From positions 1-28,495 of the forward strand of contig DATLLB010000360.1 in NCBI GenBank assembly GCA_035538075.1: a DNA stretch of 28,495 bases. Direction: 5' to 3'. Below are positions 8,064 through 16,800 of this stretch, one piece after another; positions within the stretch are counted from its first letter, which is position 1; each line of letters starts with the position of its first letter. The notes beneath the pieces are model-generated. The model ran no database searches and was not told where the DNA came from. It saw nothing but the letters and a program-made list of their open reading frames with translations. The DNA comes from Enhygromyxa sp. (GTDB lineage: Bacteria > Myxococcota_A > Polyangia > Nannocystales > Nannocystaceae). Made by a program: the position numbers and the translations under genes.

Positions 8064-8972
8064 GTGACCGAGACCCAGCGCCAGCTCGCCGCGATCATCG
8101 AGGACATCCTCGAGTCCTACGCGGAGCAAGGCAACATCAACCATCTGGATGGGAGCAACCTGCCGTCGCGCGCGGTCGTCGACCGCTTGCTCGATGATCT
8201 GCTCTCGGTCGTGTTCCCCGGCTTCCTCGGCCACGACGAGGTCGACGAGCTCAGCTCGCGCTACTTCGTGGGCGAGCGGGTCTCGACCATCCTGCGCGGG
8301 CTTCAGCGAGTGATCGCGCGAGCGCTGGGCACCGAGTGCGCGGCCGGCAAGCGACCCCGACCGAGCGGTGAGGTCGAGGCCGAGGCCCGCGCCCATGCGA
8401 TCGATCTGCTCGAGCAGATCCCGGAGATTCGTCGGCTGCTCGCCACCGACGTCCGCGCCGCGCTCGACGGCGATCCGGCGGCCTGCAGCGCCCCCGAGGT
8501 CATCACCTCGTATCCAGGCATCACGGCGATCGCCGTGCATCGAATTGCGCATCATCTCTACAAGCGCTCGGTCCCGCTGATCCCCCGCATGATGGCCGAG
8601 CTGGTCCACGGACGAACCGGCATCGACATCCACCCGGGCGCGACGCTCGGGGCCTCGTTCTTCATCGACCACGGCACTGGGGTGGTGATCGGCGAGACCA
8701 CGGTGATCGGCGAGCATGTGAAGCTCTATCAGGGCGTGACCCTCGGCGCGCTGTCGGTCGACGCGGGTGATCGCAGCCGCGACCGCAAGCGCCACCCGAC
8801 GCTGGAGGATCACGTGACGGTCTACGCCGGGGCCACGATCCTCGGCGGCGACACGGTGATCGGCGAAGGCTCGGTGATCGGCGGCAACGTGTGGTTGACC
8901 CACGGGGTCCCGCCGCACACCACGGTGATGCTCGACAAGCCCTCGCTGCGGATCTTCACGAAGAACGGCTGA
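8064..8972 (+). CDS. cysE: serine O-acetyltransferase (long form)
   Basis: 302 aa. SYPGITAIAVHRIAHHLY, GIDIHPGATLGASFFIDHGTGVVIGETTVIGEHVKLYQGVTLG hexapeptide left-handed beta-helix repeats. GTG start. Confidence 0.9.
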   Translation: MTETQRQLAAIIEDILESYAEQGNINHLDGSNLPSRAVVDRLLDDLLSVVFPGFLGHDEVDELSSRYFVGERVSTILRGLQRVIARALGTECAAGKRPRPSGEVEAEARAHAIDLLEQIPEIRRLLATDVRAALDGDPAACSAPEVITSYPGITAIAVHRIAHHLYKRSVPLIPRMMAELVHGRTGIDIHPGATLGASFFIDHGTGVVIGETTVIGEHVKLYQGVTLGALSVDAGDRSRDRKRHPTLEDHVTVYAGATILGGDTVIGEGSVIGGNVWLTHGVPPHTTVMLDKPSLRIFTKNG

Positions 8973-10169
8973 TCAACGGTTGTCGGCGATCTGCTCGACC
9001 AGCTCGCGGGCGGCGGCATCGAGCGCGGCCTCACCGGTCGCGTTCTTCAGGAGCACGTCCGGCTCGACCCCGCGGCCGTCGATCAGCCGATCGCTCGGCG
9101 AGAAGTAGCGCGCGACCGTCAGCGTGAGCACCGAGCCGTCGGGGATGCCGATCACCTCTTGCACGGTCCCCTTGCCGAAGCTGCGCTCGCCGATCACCTT
9201 GGCCCGATCGTTGTCCTGCAGCGCGACGGCGAGCAGCTCGGCGGCGGACGCCGAGCGGCGATCCTGCAGGACGATCAGCGGCGTCTCGACGTCGGTCCCG
9301 GCCGCGGTCGCGAGCTCTTCACGAAGGATCACGCCGCCGCGTCCACGCGTCCGCGTCAGCACGCCCTCTTCCACGAACAGATCGGCCACCAACACGGCCT
9401 CGGCCACCTCGCCGCCCGGGTTGCCGCGCAGATCCACGATCAGCCCGGCGAGCCCACGCTCGCCCGCGCTGCGGCGCAGCTCGGCCAGCTCGCGCTTGAC
9501 CAGCTCGCCAGTGCCGGTCCGAAACGCATGGATCTCGAGCTGGCCGATCGCATGGCCCGAGACCTCGAGCAGCTTGGTGGACACCAGCGCGTCGACGTCG
9601 GGCTTGGCCAGCTCGACCTCGACCCGCTCGGGTCCCTTGCCGCGCTCGAGCACCAGCTCGATCCGCTCTCCCGCAGCGCCGCCGAGCAAGAGCTGGGCCT
9701 CGACGTTGCTGAGCATGTGCGCGCAGGGCTGGCCGCGAATTTCCAGGATCCGATCGCCCGCACCGAGCCCGAGCTTGTCGGCCGGACTGCCCGGGTGCAC
9801 GCCGACGATCTCCAGCTCGGCCCGCTGCGCGTCGCGGTGCAGGGTCGTCATCAAGCCAGCCTCGGCTCCCTGCTGTTGCAGCTTGCGAGCCTTGGCGCGC
9901 TCGTCGGCCGTCAAATAGTGACTATAGGGATCGAGCCCGCTGACCATGTGCTTGAGGCCGCGGGCCATCACCTGCGGGGCGTCGACAGGCTCGACATAGC
10001 GATCGAGCACGACGTCCAGGGTCTGATGGAATTCCTCGCGCTCGAGCGGGCCTTTCTTGTTCTTGCCCGCGTCGGCCTCGGGGATCGCTCGCTGGATCGT
10101 CAGGGTGCCAGCGATGCCCAGCACGAGTCCGAGCGCGAGAGAGGACCGAGACCACCGCACCTTTTGCAT
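8973..10169 (-). CDS. S41 family C-terminal processing peptidase with PDZ domain
   Basis: Start placed at ATG 10169 (MQKVRWSRSSLALGLVLGIAG signal/TM). PDZ-like VHPGSPADKLGLGAGDRILEI. S41 core IVDLRGNPGG and LQDRRSASAAELLAVALQD, FGKGTVQ. The 640-aa track ORF is an upstream extension without protein-like composition. Confidence 0.85.
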   Translation of the reverse strand: MQKVRWSRSSLALGLVLGIAGTLTIQRAIPEADAGKNKKGPLEREEFHQTLDVVLDRYVEPVDAPQVMARGLKHMVSGLDPYSHYLTADERAKARKLQQQGAEAGLMTTLHRDAQRAELEIVGVHPGSPADKLGLGAGDRILEIRGQPCAHMLSNVEAQLLLGGAAGERIELVLERGKGPERVEVELAKPDVDALVSTKLLEVSGHAIGQLEIHAFRTGTGELVKRELAELRRSAGERGLAGLIVDLRGNPGGEVAEAVLVADLFVEEGVLTRTRGRGGVILREELATAAGTDVETPLIVLQDRRSASAAELLAVALQDNDRAKVIGERSFGKGTVQEVIGIPDGSVLTLTVARYFSPSDRLIDGRGVEPDVLLKNATGEAALDAAARELVEQIADNR

Positions 10170-10322
10170 GCTAGCGCGGCTGGTCGACCGAGGCCGTGGC
10201 TGGTTCCCACGCGAGGACCTTTGCTTGCTTGCTGCGCTCCGGTTCAGTGGTCCAAAGGCCCAACAAAATAGTGGCGGTGCACATGCTCCTACATGTAGGA
10301 TAAGAACGTACCGGAGGAACTG

Positions 10323-10739
10323 ATGAACTCGAGCGCCCGCACCCCGATTCGTGTCACCCCGCTTCCTCGTCCCGGCCGCATGATCGAGCGCCGCAAACAG
10401 CGCTCGGGGCGGGCCGGAGACGCTCTCCAAATGGCCCTGTCGGCGGCGGCCGAGGGCGGAGGGCTGGACGTCGTGCTGATCGCCGACGACTCCGGCATGC
10501 TGGTCGCCAGCAGTCACACGCCGCTCGACCTCGAGATGCTCGCGGCGATCACACCGATCGTTTCCCGTGGCCGCGCCAAGGCCAACGTCAAGCGCAACGG
10601 CGAACAACGCGAGCTCAGCGTCAAGTCGATCCGGGTGTTCGACGAGACGCTCCACATCGCAGCGCTCGGCGGGGACGGCTCGAATCGGGCGCTCGGGCTC
10701 ATGCGCAGTGTGACCGCCGCCCGCCGAATTCTTGGATAG
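10323..10739 (+). CDS. hypothetical protein, possibly Roadblock/LC7-like
   Basis: 138 aa with good SD (GGAGGAACTG ATG). The core GLDVVLIADDSGMLVASSHTPLDLEMLAAI resembles the Roadblock/LC7 (MglB-like) pattern. The assignment is tentative. Confidence 0.5.
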   Translation: MNSSARTPIRVTPLPRPGRMIERRKQRSGRAGDALQMALSAAAEGGGLDVVLIADDSGMLVASSHTPLDLEMLAAITPIVSRGRAKANVKRNGEQRELSVKSIRVFDETLHIAALGGDGSNRALGLMRSVTAARRILG

Positions 10740-10784
10740 TCCGACCTTTGGCGGAAGCTCCGCGAACCGTTTACACTCGCGCGC

Positions 10785-11492
10785 ATGGCCGTCGAGCCCG
10801 CGGAAGCCGAAGAGATCCGCAACCATCTGCTGCGGTACACCGGTTGGGACAAAGTCCCCGACGAGGTCGTCAAGACCTTCAGCGAGAGCGCCCACCGTGT
10901 CGAGCTCAAGCGCAAGCGGCCGCTGTTTCGGCGCGGCGATCCGGGACCGGGGCTGTTCCTGGTGCGCTCGGGCGAGTTCAAGCTGAGCCTGATCTCGTCC
11001 GAGGGGCGCGAGCAGATTCTCTACCTGGCCGGGGCCGGGAAGCTGATTGGCGAGGGGTTCTTGCCGCGCGAGGTGCAGTGCGCGGCCTCGGCCTTCGCGA
11101 TGAGCGACGGCGAGGTCTGGCGCTTCGACACCGACCTGGTGATCAAGCTCCTGTCACAGTCGGAGGCGATGGCGTTCGCGCTGATGCGGCACCAGGCCTT
11201 CCGCGCCAACCGGCTCATCGATCTGATCTTGGATCTCTCGCTGCGCTCGGTGCAGCGGAGGCTCGCGAGCTTCCTGTACTCGCTGGCGATCCGCAGCGGC
11301 GCCGAGCAGGGCAAGCCGCACGTGATCCCGCGGGCGCTCGACATGAACACCGTGGCCGCGCGGCTCGGGACCGTGCGCGAGGAGATCTCGCGCGCGCTCA
11401 ACCGAATGCAGCGTGAAGGGATCCTGAAGCTGTCGAGGCAGGAGATCGTGGTGCTCGATCTCAGCGCGCTCGAGGCCGTCACGTACGAGTGA
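10785..11492 (+). CDS. Crp/Fnr family transcriptional regulator
   Basis: 235 aa. cNMP-binding beta-roll (LFRRGDPGPGLFLVRSGEFKLSLISSEGREQILYLAGAGKLIGE) and C-terminal HTH (NTVAARLGTVREEISRALNRMQREGIL). Confidence 0.85.
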   Translation: MAVEPAEAEEIRNHLLRYTGWDKVPDEVVKTFSESAHRVELKRKRPLFRRGDPGPGLFLVRSGEFKLSLISSEGREQILYLAGAGKLIGEGFLPREVQCAASAFAMSDGEVWRFDTDLVIKLLSQSEAMAFALMRHQAFRANRLIDLILDLSLRSVQRRLASFLYSLAIRSGAEQGKPHVIPRALDMNTVAARLGTVREEISRALNRMQREGILKLSRQEIVVLDLSALEAVTYE

Positions 11493-11496
11493 GCCG

Positions 11497-12981
11497 ATGA
11501 TCGGGAGTCGGCGCGCTCGGGCACTGACGATCGCGGTCGCGATCACGTGGGTTGGCACCTTGATGGGGGGCGCCTGCAAGCGCGATGAGCCCGAACCCGA
11601 TCCCAACTCGCTGGCGGCCCTCGAGGCCCAGTGGCCGCCGCACACGCCTTCGTGTCAGGCCTGGACCGCGGCCGACCTGCAAGATCTCGAGCCGCTGCCC
11701 GCAGGTCCGCATGTGGCCGCGTTCGAGCAGGTCTGGCGCACGATCGCGGAGAAGCACTACGACCCGACGCTCGCGTGCCTCGACTGGATCGCGCTGCGCG
11801 AGCACTATGCGGCCAAGGTCGTCGAGGCCGGCAGCGACGCGGCGGCTGCCTACGCGGCGATCAACGAGATGCTCGGGCTGCTCGAGCAGAGCCACCTGCA
11901 TGCGACCGCGCCGAGCGGCTCGACCGTGCGCGCGCGCGAGAGCGGGCCGGCGACGGTGCCGATCGTCGTTCGTTGGTTGCCGATCGAGCGCGGCACCGAT
12001 CAGCGCGCGGTGGTGGTGGTCGACGAGGCGGTCGACGGGCACGCGAGCGGGCTCCCGCGTGGGGCCATCCTGACCAAGGTCGCGAGCGAGTCGGTCGAGG
12101 AGATCGCAAACGAGGCGGCCGCTGGCGTGCGCGAGCGTGGCGGTCGAGCGAACGAGGCCGCGTTCATGGTCGCGCGCGCGATCGGGGCGCTGCTCAGCTG
12201 TCCCGAGGGCGGCAAGAAGACGCTCGAATTTCTCGACCCGGCGCAGAGCGACGCGAAGACCGAGCTCGAGGTCGCGTGCTTCGTGCCCGAGGGCGAGCGC
12301 ATGAGCCTCGGCAACCTGCGAGATCTGCCGACCGTGGTCAGCTCGCGGATGATCGGCGACCCCGAGCCGCCGGCCGCCGACGTCCCGGCGATCGGCTACC
12401 TCGCGTTCAACTTCTGGATGCTGCCGATGGCCCCGCAGATCGAGGCCGGCCTGACCGCCCTGCGCGAGCGCGGCATGCAGGGGCTGGTCATCGATCTGCG
12501 CGGCAACCCAGGCGGCGTGGGCTCGATGTCGATCCCGATCGCGCGCATGCTGGTCAGCGAGGGCGCGAGCCTCGGGCGCCTGCAGATGCGTGACTTCAAC
12601 CAGGAGTTCAAGCTCTCGCCCAACCCCGACGCGTTCGGCGGGCCGGTTGCGATCCTGGTCGACGAGGGCACCGCGAGCACCTCGGAGATCTTCGCGCTGG
12701 GGCTGCGCGACGTCGGTCGCGTGACGATCGTCGGCGCGGGCCCGAGCGCCGGGATGGCGCTGCCGTCGATGATCGAGGAGCTGCCCGACGGTGGAATGAT
12801 CCAGTACGTGGTCGGCGACTATCACAGCGCCAAGGGCACGGCCGCCGAGGGCGAGGGTGTCGTGCCCGAGCTCGTGGTCGTGGAGACGCGGGCTGACTAC
12901 GTCGCGCGCCGCGATCCCGTGCTCGACGCGGCCGTCGACCACCTCCGCGGCAAGCTGTCGGCTGCGCCCGCGCCAGACTGA
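11497..12981 (+). CDS. S41 family peptidase, lipoprotein
   Basis: 494 aa. Lipobox LMGGAC. S41 core GLVIDLRGNPGG and VAILVDEGTASTSEIFALGLRD. It starts 4 nt after the Crp-like gene. Confidence 0.8.
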   Translation: MIGSRRARALTIAVAITWVGTLMGGACKRDEPEPDPNSLAALEAQWPPHTPSCQAWTAADLQDLEPLPAGPHVAAFEQVWRTIAEKHYDPTLACLDWIALREHYAAKVVEAGSDAAAAYAAINEMLGLLEQSHLHATAPSGSTVRARESGPATVPIVVRWLPIERGTDQRAVVVVDEAVDGHASGLPRGAILTKVASESVEEIANEAAAGVRERGGRANEAAFMVARAIGALLSCPEGGKKTLEFLDPAQSDAKTELEVACFVPEGERMSLGNLRDLPTVVSSRMIGDPEPPAADVPAIGYLAFNFWMLPMAPQIEAGLTALRERGMQGLVIDLRGNPGGVGSMSIPIARMLVSEGASLGRLQMRDFNQEFKLSPNPDAFGGPVAILVDEGTASTSEIFALGLRDVGRVTIVGAGPSAGMALPSMIEELPDGGMIQYVVGDYHSAKGTAAEGEGVVPELVVVETRADYVARRDPVLDAAVDHLRGKLSAAPAPD

Positions 12982-12994
12982 TCTCGAGCGAAAA

Positions 12995-13891
12995 ATGCGA
13001 CGCTTCAAGCTGTTCTTCTTCGCCGTTGCGCTGACCGCCTGCACGCAGGAGGCCGGCAGCCCCAAGGCCGATGCGCCGGTCACCACTGCGGCCGAGAAGT
13101 CGTCGCCGTCGTCCGAGCAGGCGGGCGCCGAGAACGAGAAAGAGCAGCTGCCCGACGGCGGCGAGCTGCTGGCCGCCCACGTCGAGGCCTCGGGTGGGGC
13201 CGCGGCGATCCCCAAGTTCGAGAGCCTGCACGTCGAGGGCGAGATCGCGGTCGAGAGCCACAACCTCAAGGGGACCACCAAGCTGTGGTGGCAAAAGGAC
13301 GGCAAGTTCTACCTCGAGCAGTACATCGAGGGCATCGGCATGAGCCGGGTCGGTCACGACGGCGAGACCATCTGGCTCGAGGATCCGATCACCGGCCTGC
13401 GCAAGCTCGAGGGCTCGGAGGCGGTCGGCTACCTGCAGAGCTCGGCGATGTTCCTCGGCCACGACTGGCAAGGCCAGTTCGCGGCCGCCAACACGCTCGG
13501 CAAGCAGAAGCTCGAGGACGGCAAGGAAGTGTGGGAGGTCGAGCTGGTCTCGAAGGGCGGGCCCAACCTGACGATCGGCCTCGACGCGAACAGCAAGCTG
13601 ATCCGCTACGTGAAGACCATGCAGCCGTCGCTGCTCGGCGAGACCCCGTTCGAGGTCCGCAGCGATCGCTACGAGGCGATCGAGGGCTACAAATTTCCGA
13701 TGCAGAAGACGATCGCGATCAGCGGGCTGATCGAGCTCGACGAGACCGTGACCGAGACCCAGGTCAACGTGCCGATCGATCCGGCGATGTTCGCGTTCCC
13801 GAGCAAGCGCACGGTCGTGCCGGTAGATCCGAAAAAGCAAGCTCCGGTCGAGGCGCCTGCGAAGGACGCCCCGCCGGAGTCGGGCAAGTGA
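12995..13891 (+). CDS. putative lipoprotein (possible LolA-like / lipoprotein-sorting fold)
   Basis: Start chosen at ATG 12995 (MRRFKLFFFAVALTAC, signal peptide plus lipobox). The beta-rich body has no catalytic motif. The 12857 start in the track overlaps the upstream peptidase. Confidence 0.6.
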   Translation: MRRFKLFFFAVALTACTQEAGSPKADAPVTTAAEKSSPSSEQAGAENEKEQLPDGGELLAAHVEASGGAAAIPKFESLHVEGEIAVESHNLKGTTKLWWQKDGKFYLEQYIEGIGMSRVGHDGETIWLEDPITGLRKLEGSEAVGYLQSSAMFLGHDWQGQFAAANTLGKQKLEDGKEVWEVELVSKGGPNLTIGLDANSKLIRYVKTMQPSLLGETPFEVRSDRYEAIEGYKFPMQKTIAISGLIELDETVTETQVNVPIDPAMFAFPSKRTVVPVDPKKQAPVEAPAKDAPPESGK

Positions 13892-13894
13892 GCC

Positions 13895-16800
13895 CTACTT
13901 GCCGAGCTTGAGGCTCCGGCGAAGCTCCAGATAAGGCCCCGAGACGCTGAAGGCGATCAGGCCCTTGATCTGCTCGCGCGGGTCGACCTGCTGGCCGGGC
14001 CCGCCCTGCAGGATCACGCGCGCGGCCACGTCGATGTTGTCGCACAGCAAGAAGCCGAGCCGCGCGGACGAGTGATCGCAGCCGCGTAGCCATGCCTTGG
14101 TATCGGCACCACCGCGCTCGATCACCTTGGCGACCGACTTTCGCAGATCGTCGACTCGCGCGGGCGGGAGCATCTTCTTGATCGCCTCGGCCCAGCCGCG
14201 CGCAGGCTCGATCAGCTCCTTGGGGATCGCTACCTGCGGGTGCGTGAGCCCGACCGCGCCGTAGATCGCGTCGCGCAGACCGGAGGTCGAGGGCAGCAAC
14301 GCGGAGCCGAGCAGGTGCGGGTGGGCGCGAGCGATCGCTCGGCCGACACGGAAGGCGATCGCGGCGTCGGGTTGCTTGCCAAGCGCTTCGTCGCCGGCGA
14401 TCAGCGTCGGGTACACGCCCTTGGCGTCGCCGAGCGCGGTCACACGAAAACCTCCGGGCTCGCCCTTGCGCAGGTAGAGATCCGGCGGCGGCATGTCGAG
14501 CACTTGCGACATGTAGGCGACCCAGCGCGCGATGCCGGAGGCCTGCAGCGTCACCGTCTCGCGGGTGTTCCGATCGAAGCCGGCCGCCGTCAGCGTCAAG
14601 CCCTCGCGCGCGGCCATGACCGGCCACAGCAGCCCGTAGACATCGGCGAGCCGGGTGCTCGGGTGGTTCGGCAAGATGGTCTCGCGCCAGAGCTTGCGCG
14701 GGATGGTGCCGCGCGGCGGGGCGAAGTTCTCGCCGAGCTCCTCGGCCAGCTCGATCTCGGCTTCGTCGGCCTGCTTGAGGAACCGCAGCGTGCGAGACAC
14801 GGCGATCGCCGCGTCGCGCTGCTTGGCCGCGAGGTAGAGTTCGACCAGCCGGTGATAGCTGTCGTAGTCGAGCGGGTTCTCGGCGATCAGCATCTGGACC
14901 TGCTCGATGCCCTTGTCGAGCGCGTCGTCGCCGAGCTGGACCGAGAGCGCGACGACCTTGTTGCGGCGCTCGAGCTGGCGCGCGTCGTCGCTGGTCGCGA
15001 GCGAGCGGGCCAGCGCGATCGCCTGCTCGTAGGCGATCATCGCGGTGCGCTTGTCATCGAGGTGCCGCTCGTAGATCCCGGCGATCTGATCGAGCAAGCC
15101 GACGCGCTGCTCGACCTCGCCGTCCTCCGGCAACGCCTTGAGCCGCGCACGCAGGGCCTTGGACAGCTCGCGCCAGTCCTTGGCCGCCTCCAGCTGCTCG
15201 CGCACGGCCGCGAACGCCTTGTCGTGCAGCGGATCGGCCTCGAGCACGCCGAGCAAGCGGGCGCGCACGATCACGCCGGTCATGTCGAGGTTGTGCGCGC
15301 GCATCAGCGAGGCCGCGGCGTAGCGGTACTTGGCCTGGATCGGCCCCTGCTCTTGCAGCGTCGCGAGCTGATCGAGCACCGCGACGGCCTCGGCCCACTG
15401 CTCGGCCTTGCTGTAGAGCTCGAGCGCGCGGTGCAGCAGCGAGATGTCGCCGGGACGACGCTCGATCACCGCACGCATCTGCGCGACGGCGTCGGCCGGA
15501 CGGTTGAGCTCGTCGGCCAGCGTCGAGGCCAGCTCGAGCCGCATGTCGAGCAGCTCCTGCTCGCGCGCCGCTCGGCGATCGTCGCTCTCGTCGAACCCAC
15601 GCAGCTCGGCCTCGAGCACCGCGAGCAGGCGCTCGCGCGCCTCGACCTTGCGCAGCGGACCGTCGGCGATCGTGACCAGGAAGCGGGCCGCGTCGACGTA
15701 GCTGGGATCGATGTCGAGCGCACGGTCGATCATCTGCAGCGCCTTGCCGCTCTCACCCATGCCGTGGCGGGCCTGACCCATGCGCAGGTAGATCTCGGCC
15801 TGGCTGCGCGGATCGGCTTCCTGCCCCTGAATCGCCAGCCCCTGATAGGCCTTGAGCGCGGCCTCCCAGCTCTGCGACTCGAGCTCGAGATCAGCGAGCG
15901 CTCGCGCGACGTCGCGGTTGCGTGGATCGAATTGCTTGGCCTCGCGCAGCAGCTCGCGCGCGCGCTCCTTGTCGTGCACGGCCAGCGCACAGCGACCGGC
16001 CAGCGCGTACACGTGAGCGTTGAGCTCGCGCGCGTCGGGGTTGCTGACCCGGACCTGCGTGACCCAGCGCTCCGCGTGCGGCCACGCGGCCTCGAGCTCG
16101 CCGCGATCGACGAGCAGCTCGACCAACTTGCCGGTCGCGGCCTCGTGGTGCGGATCGATCTCGACGACCTCGCGGATCAGTGGAAGCCCGCGCTCGGGCT
16201 TGTGCAGGGTCTCGATCCAGGTCTTGGCCGCGGCGAACAGCTCGCGGACCTTGGCGCGCGGATCGTTGCTGGTCTGGGCCGCGCGGATCTGGGCCTCCAG
16301 GGCCTCGAGCGGACGCTCGCGCTGCTCGAGCAGCTCACGCAGCAACGCCCACGCCGCGCTCGCAGCCGGCGAGGCGTCGTCGAGCGCGAGCGCCTCGCGG
16401 ACGCGGGCCTCGGCCTCCTCGAGCTCGCCCGCTCGCTCGCGCATGCGCGCGACGGCGATCAACATCGAGGCCCGATCCTCGGGGCTCTGCGCGTCGGCGA
16501 TCCGCTCGCGCAGCAGCGCCTCGGCCCGATCCTGCTCGCCCGCGTCGCGCAGCCGCTCGATCAACAGATCGCGCCAGCGACCTTGTCCGGGCTCGAGCGC
16601 GACCAGGTTCTCGAGCGCGAGCCGCTCGCGGACGCTGTCCTTCAGCGAGCCGCTGGCGAGCTCGTAGAGCTGCGTCCACAGCGAGAAGCGCTCGCTCTGC
16701 GGCAGCGCGTCGAGCTTGGCGCGGCGCTCGAGCAACGCCGCGAGCTGATCGTGCGCGTCGCTGCGCTTGTAGAAGCGGATCAACCCCGCGACGGCGTCGA

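Noticed and set aside
10170-10895. Upstream 242-codon extension of the S41 peptidase ORF (track start 10895)
   Set aside because: The extension overlaps two well-supported plus-strand genes and the divergent promoter region, and it has non-protein-like composition. A signal/TM sequence follows directly after the internal ATG at 10169.
11479-13840. 608-aa and 410-aa minus-strand ORFs (11479-13305, 12608-13840)
   Set aside because: They are antisense to the S41 lipoprotein peptidase and the following lipoprotein gene, both of which have signal peptides and family motifs. The compositions are typical of shadow frames.
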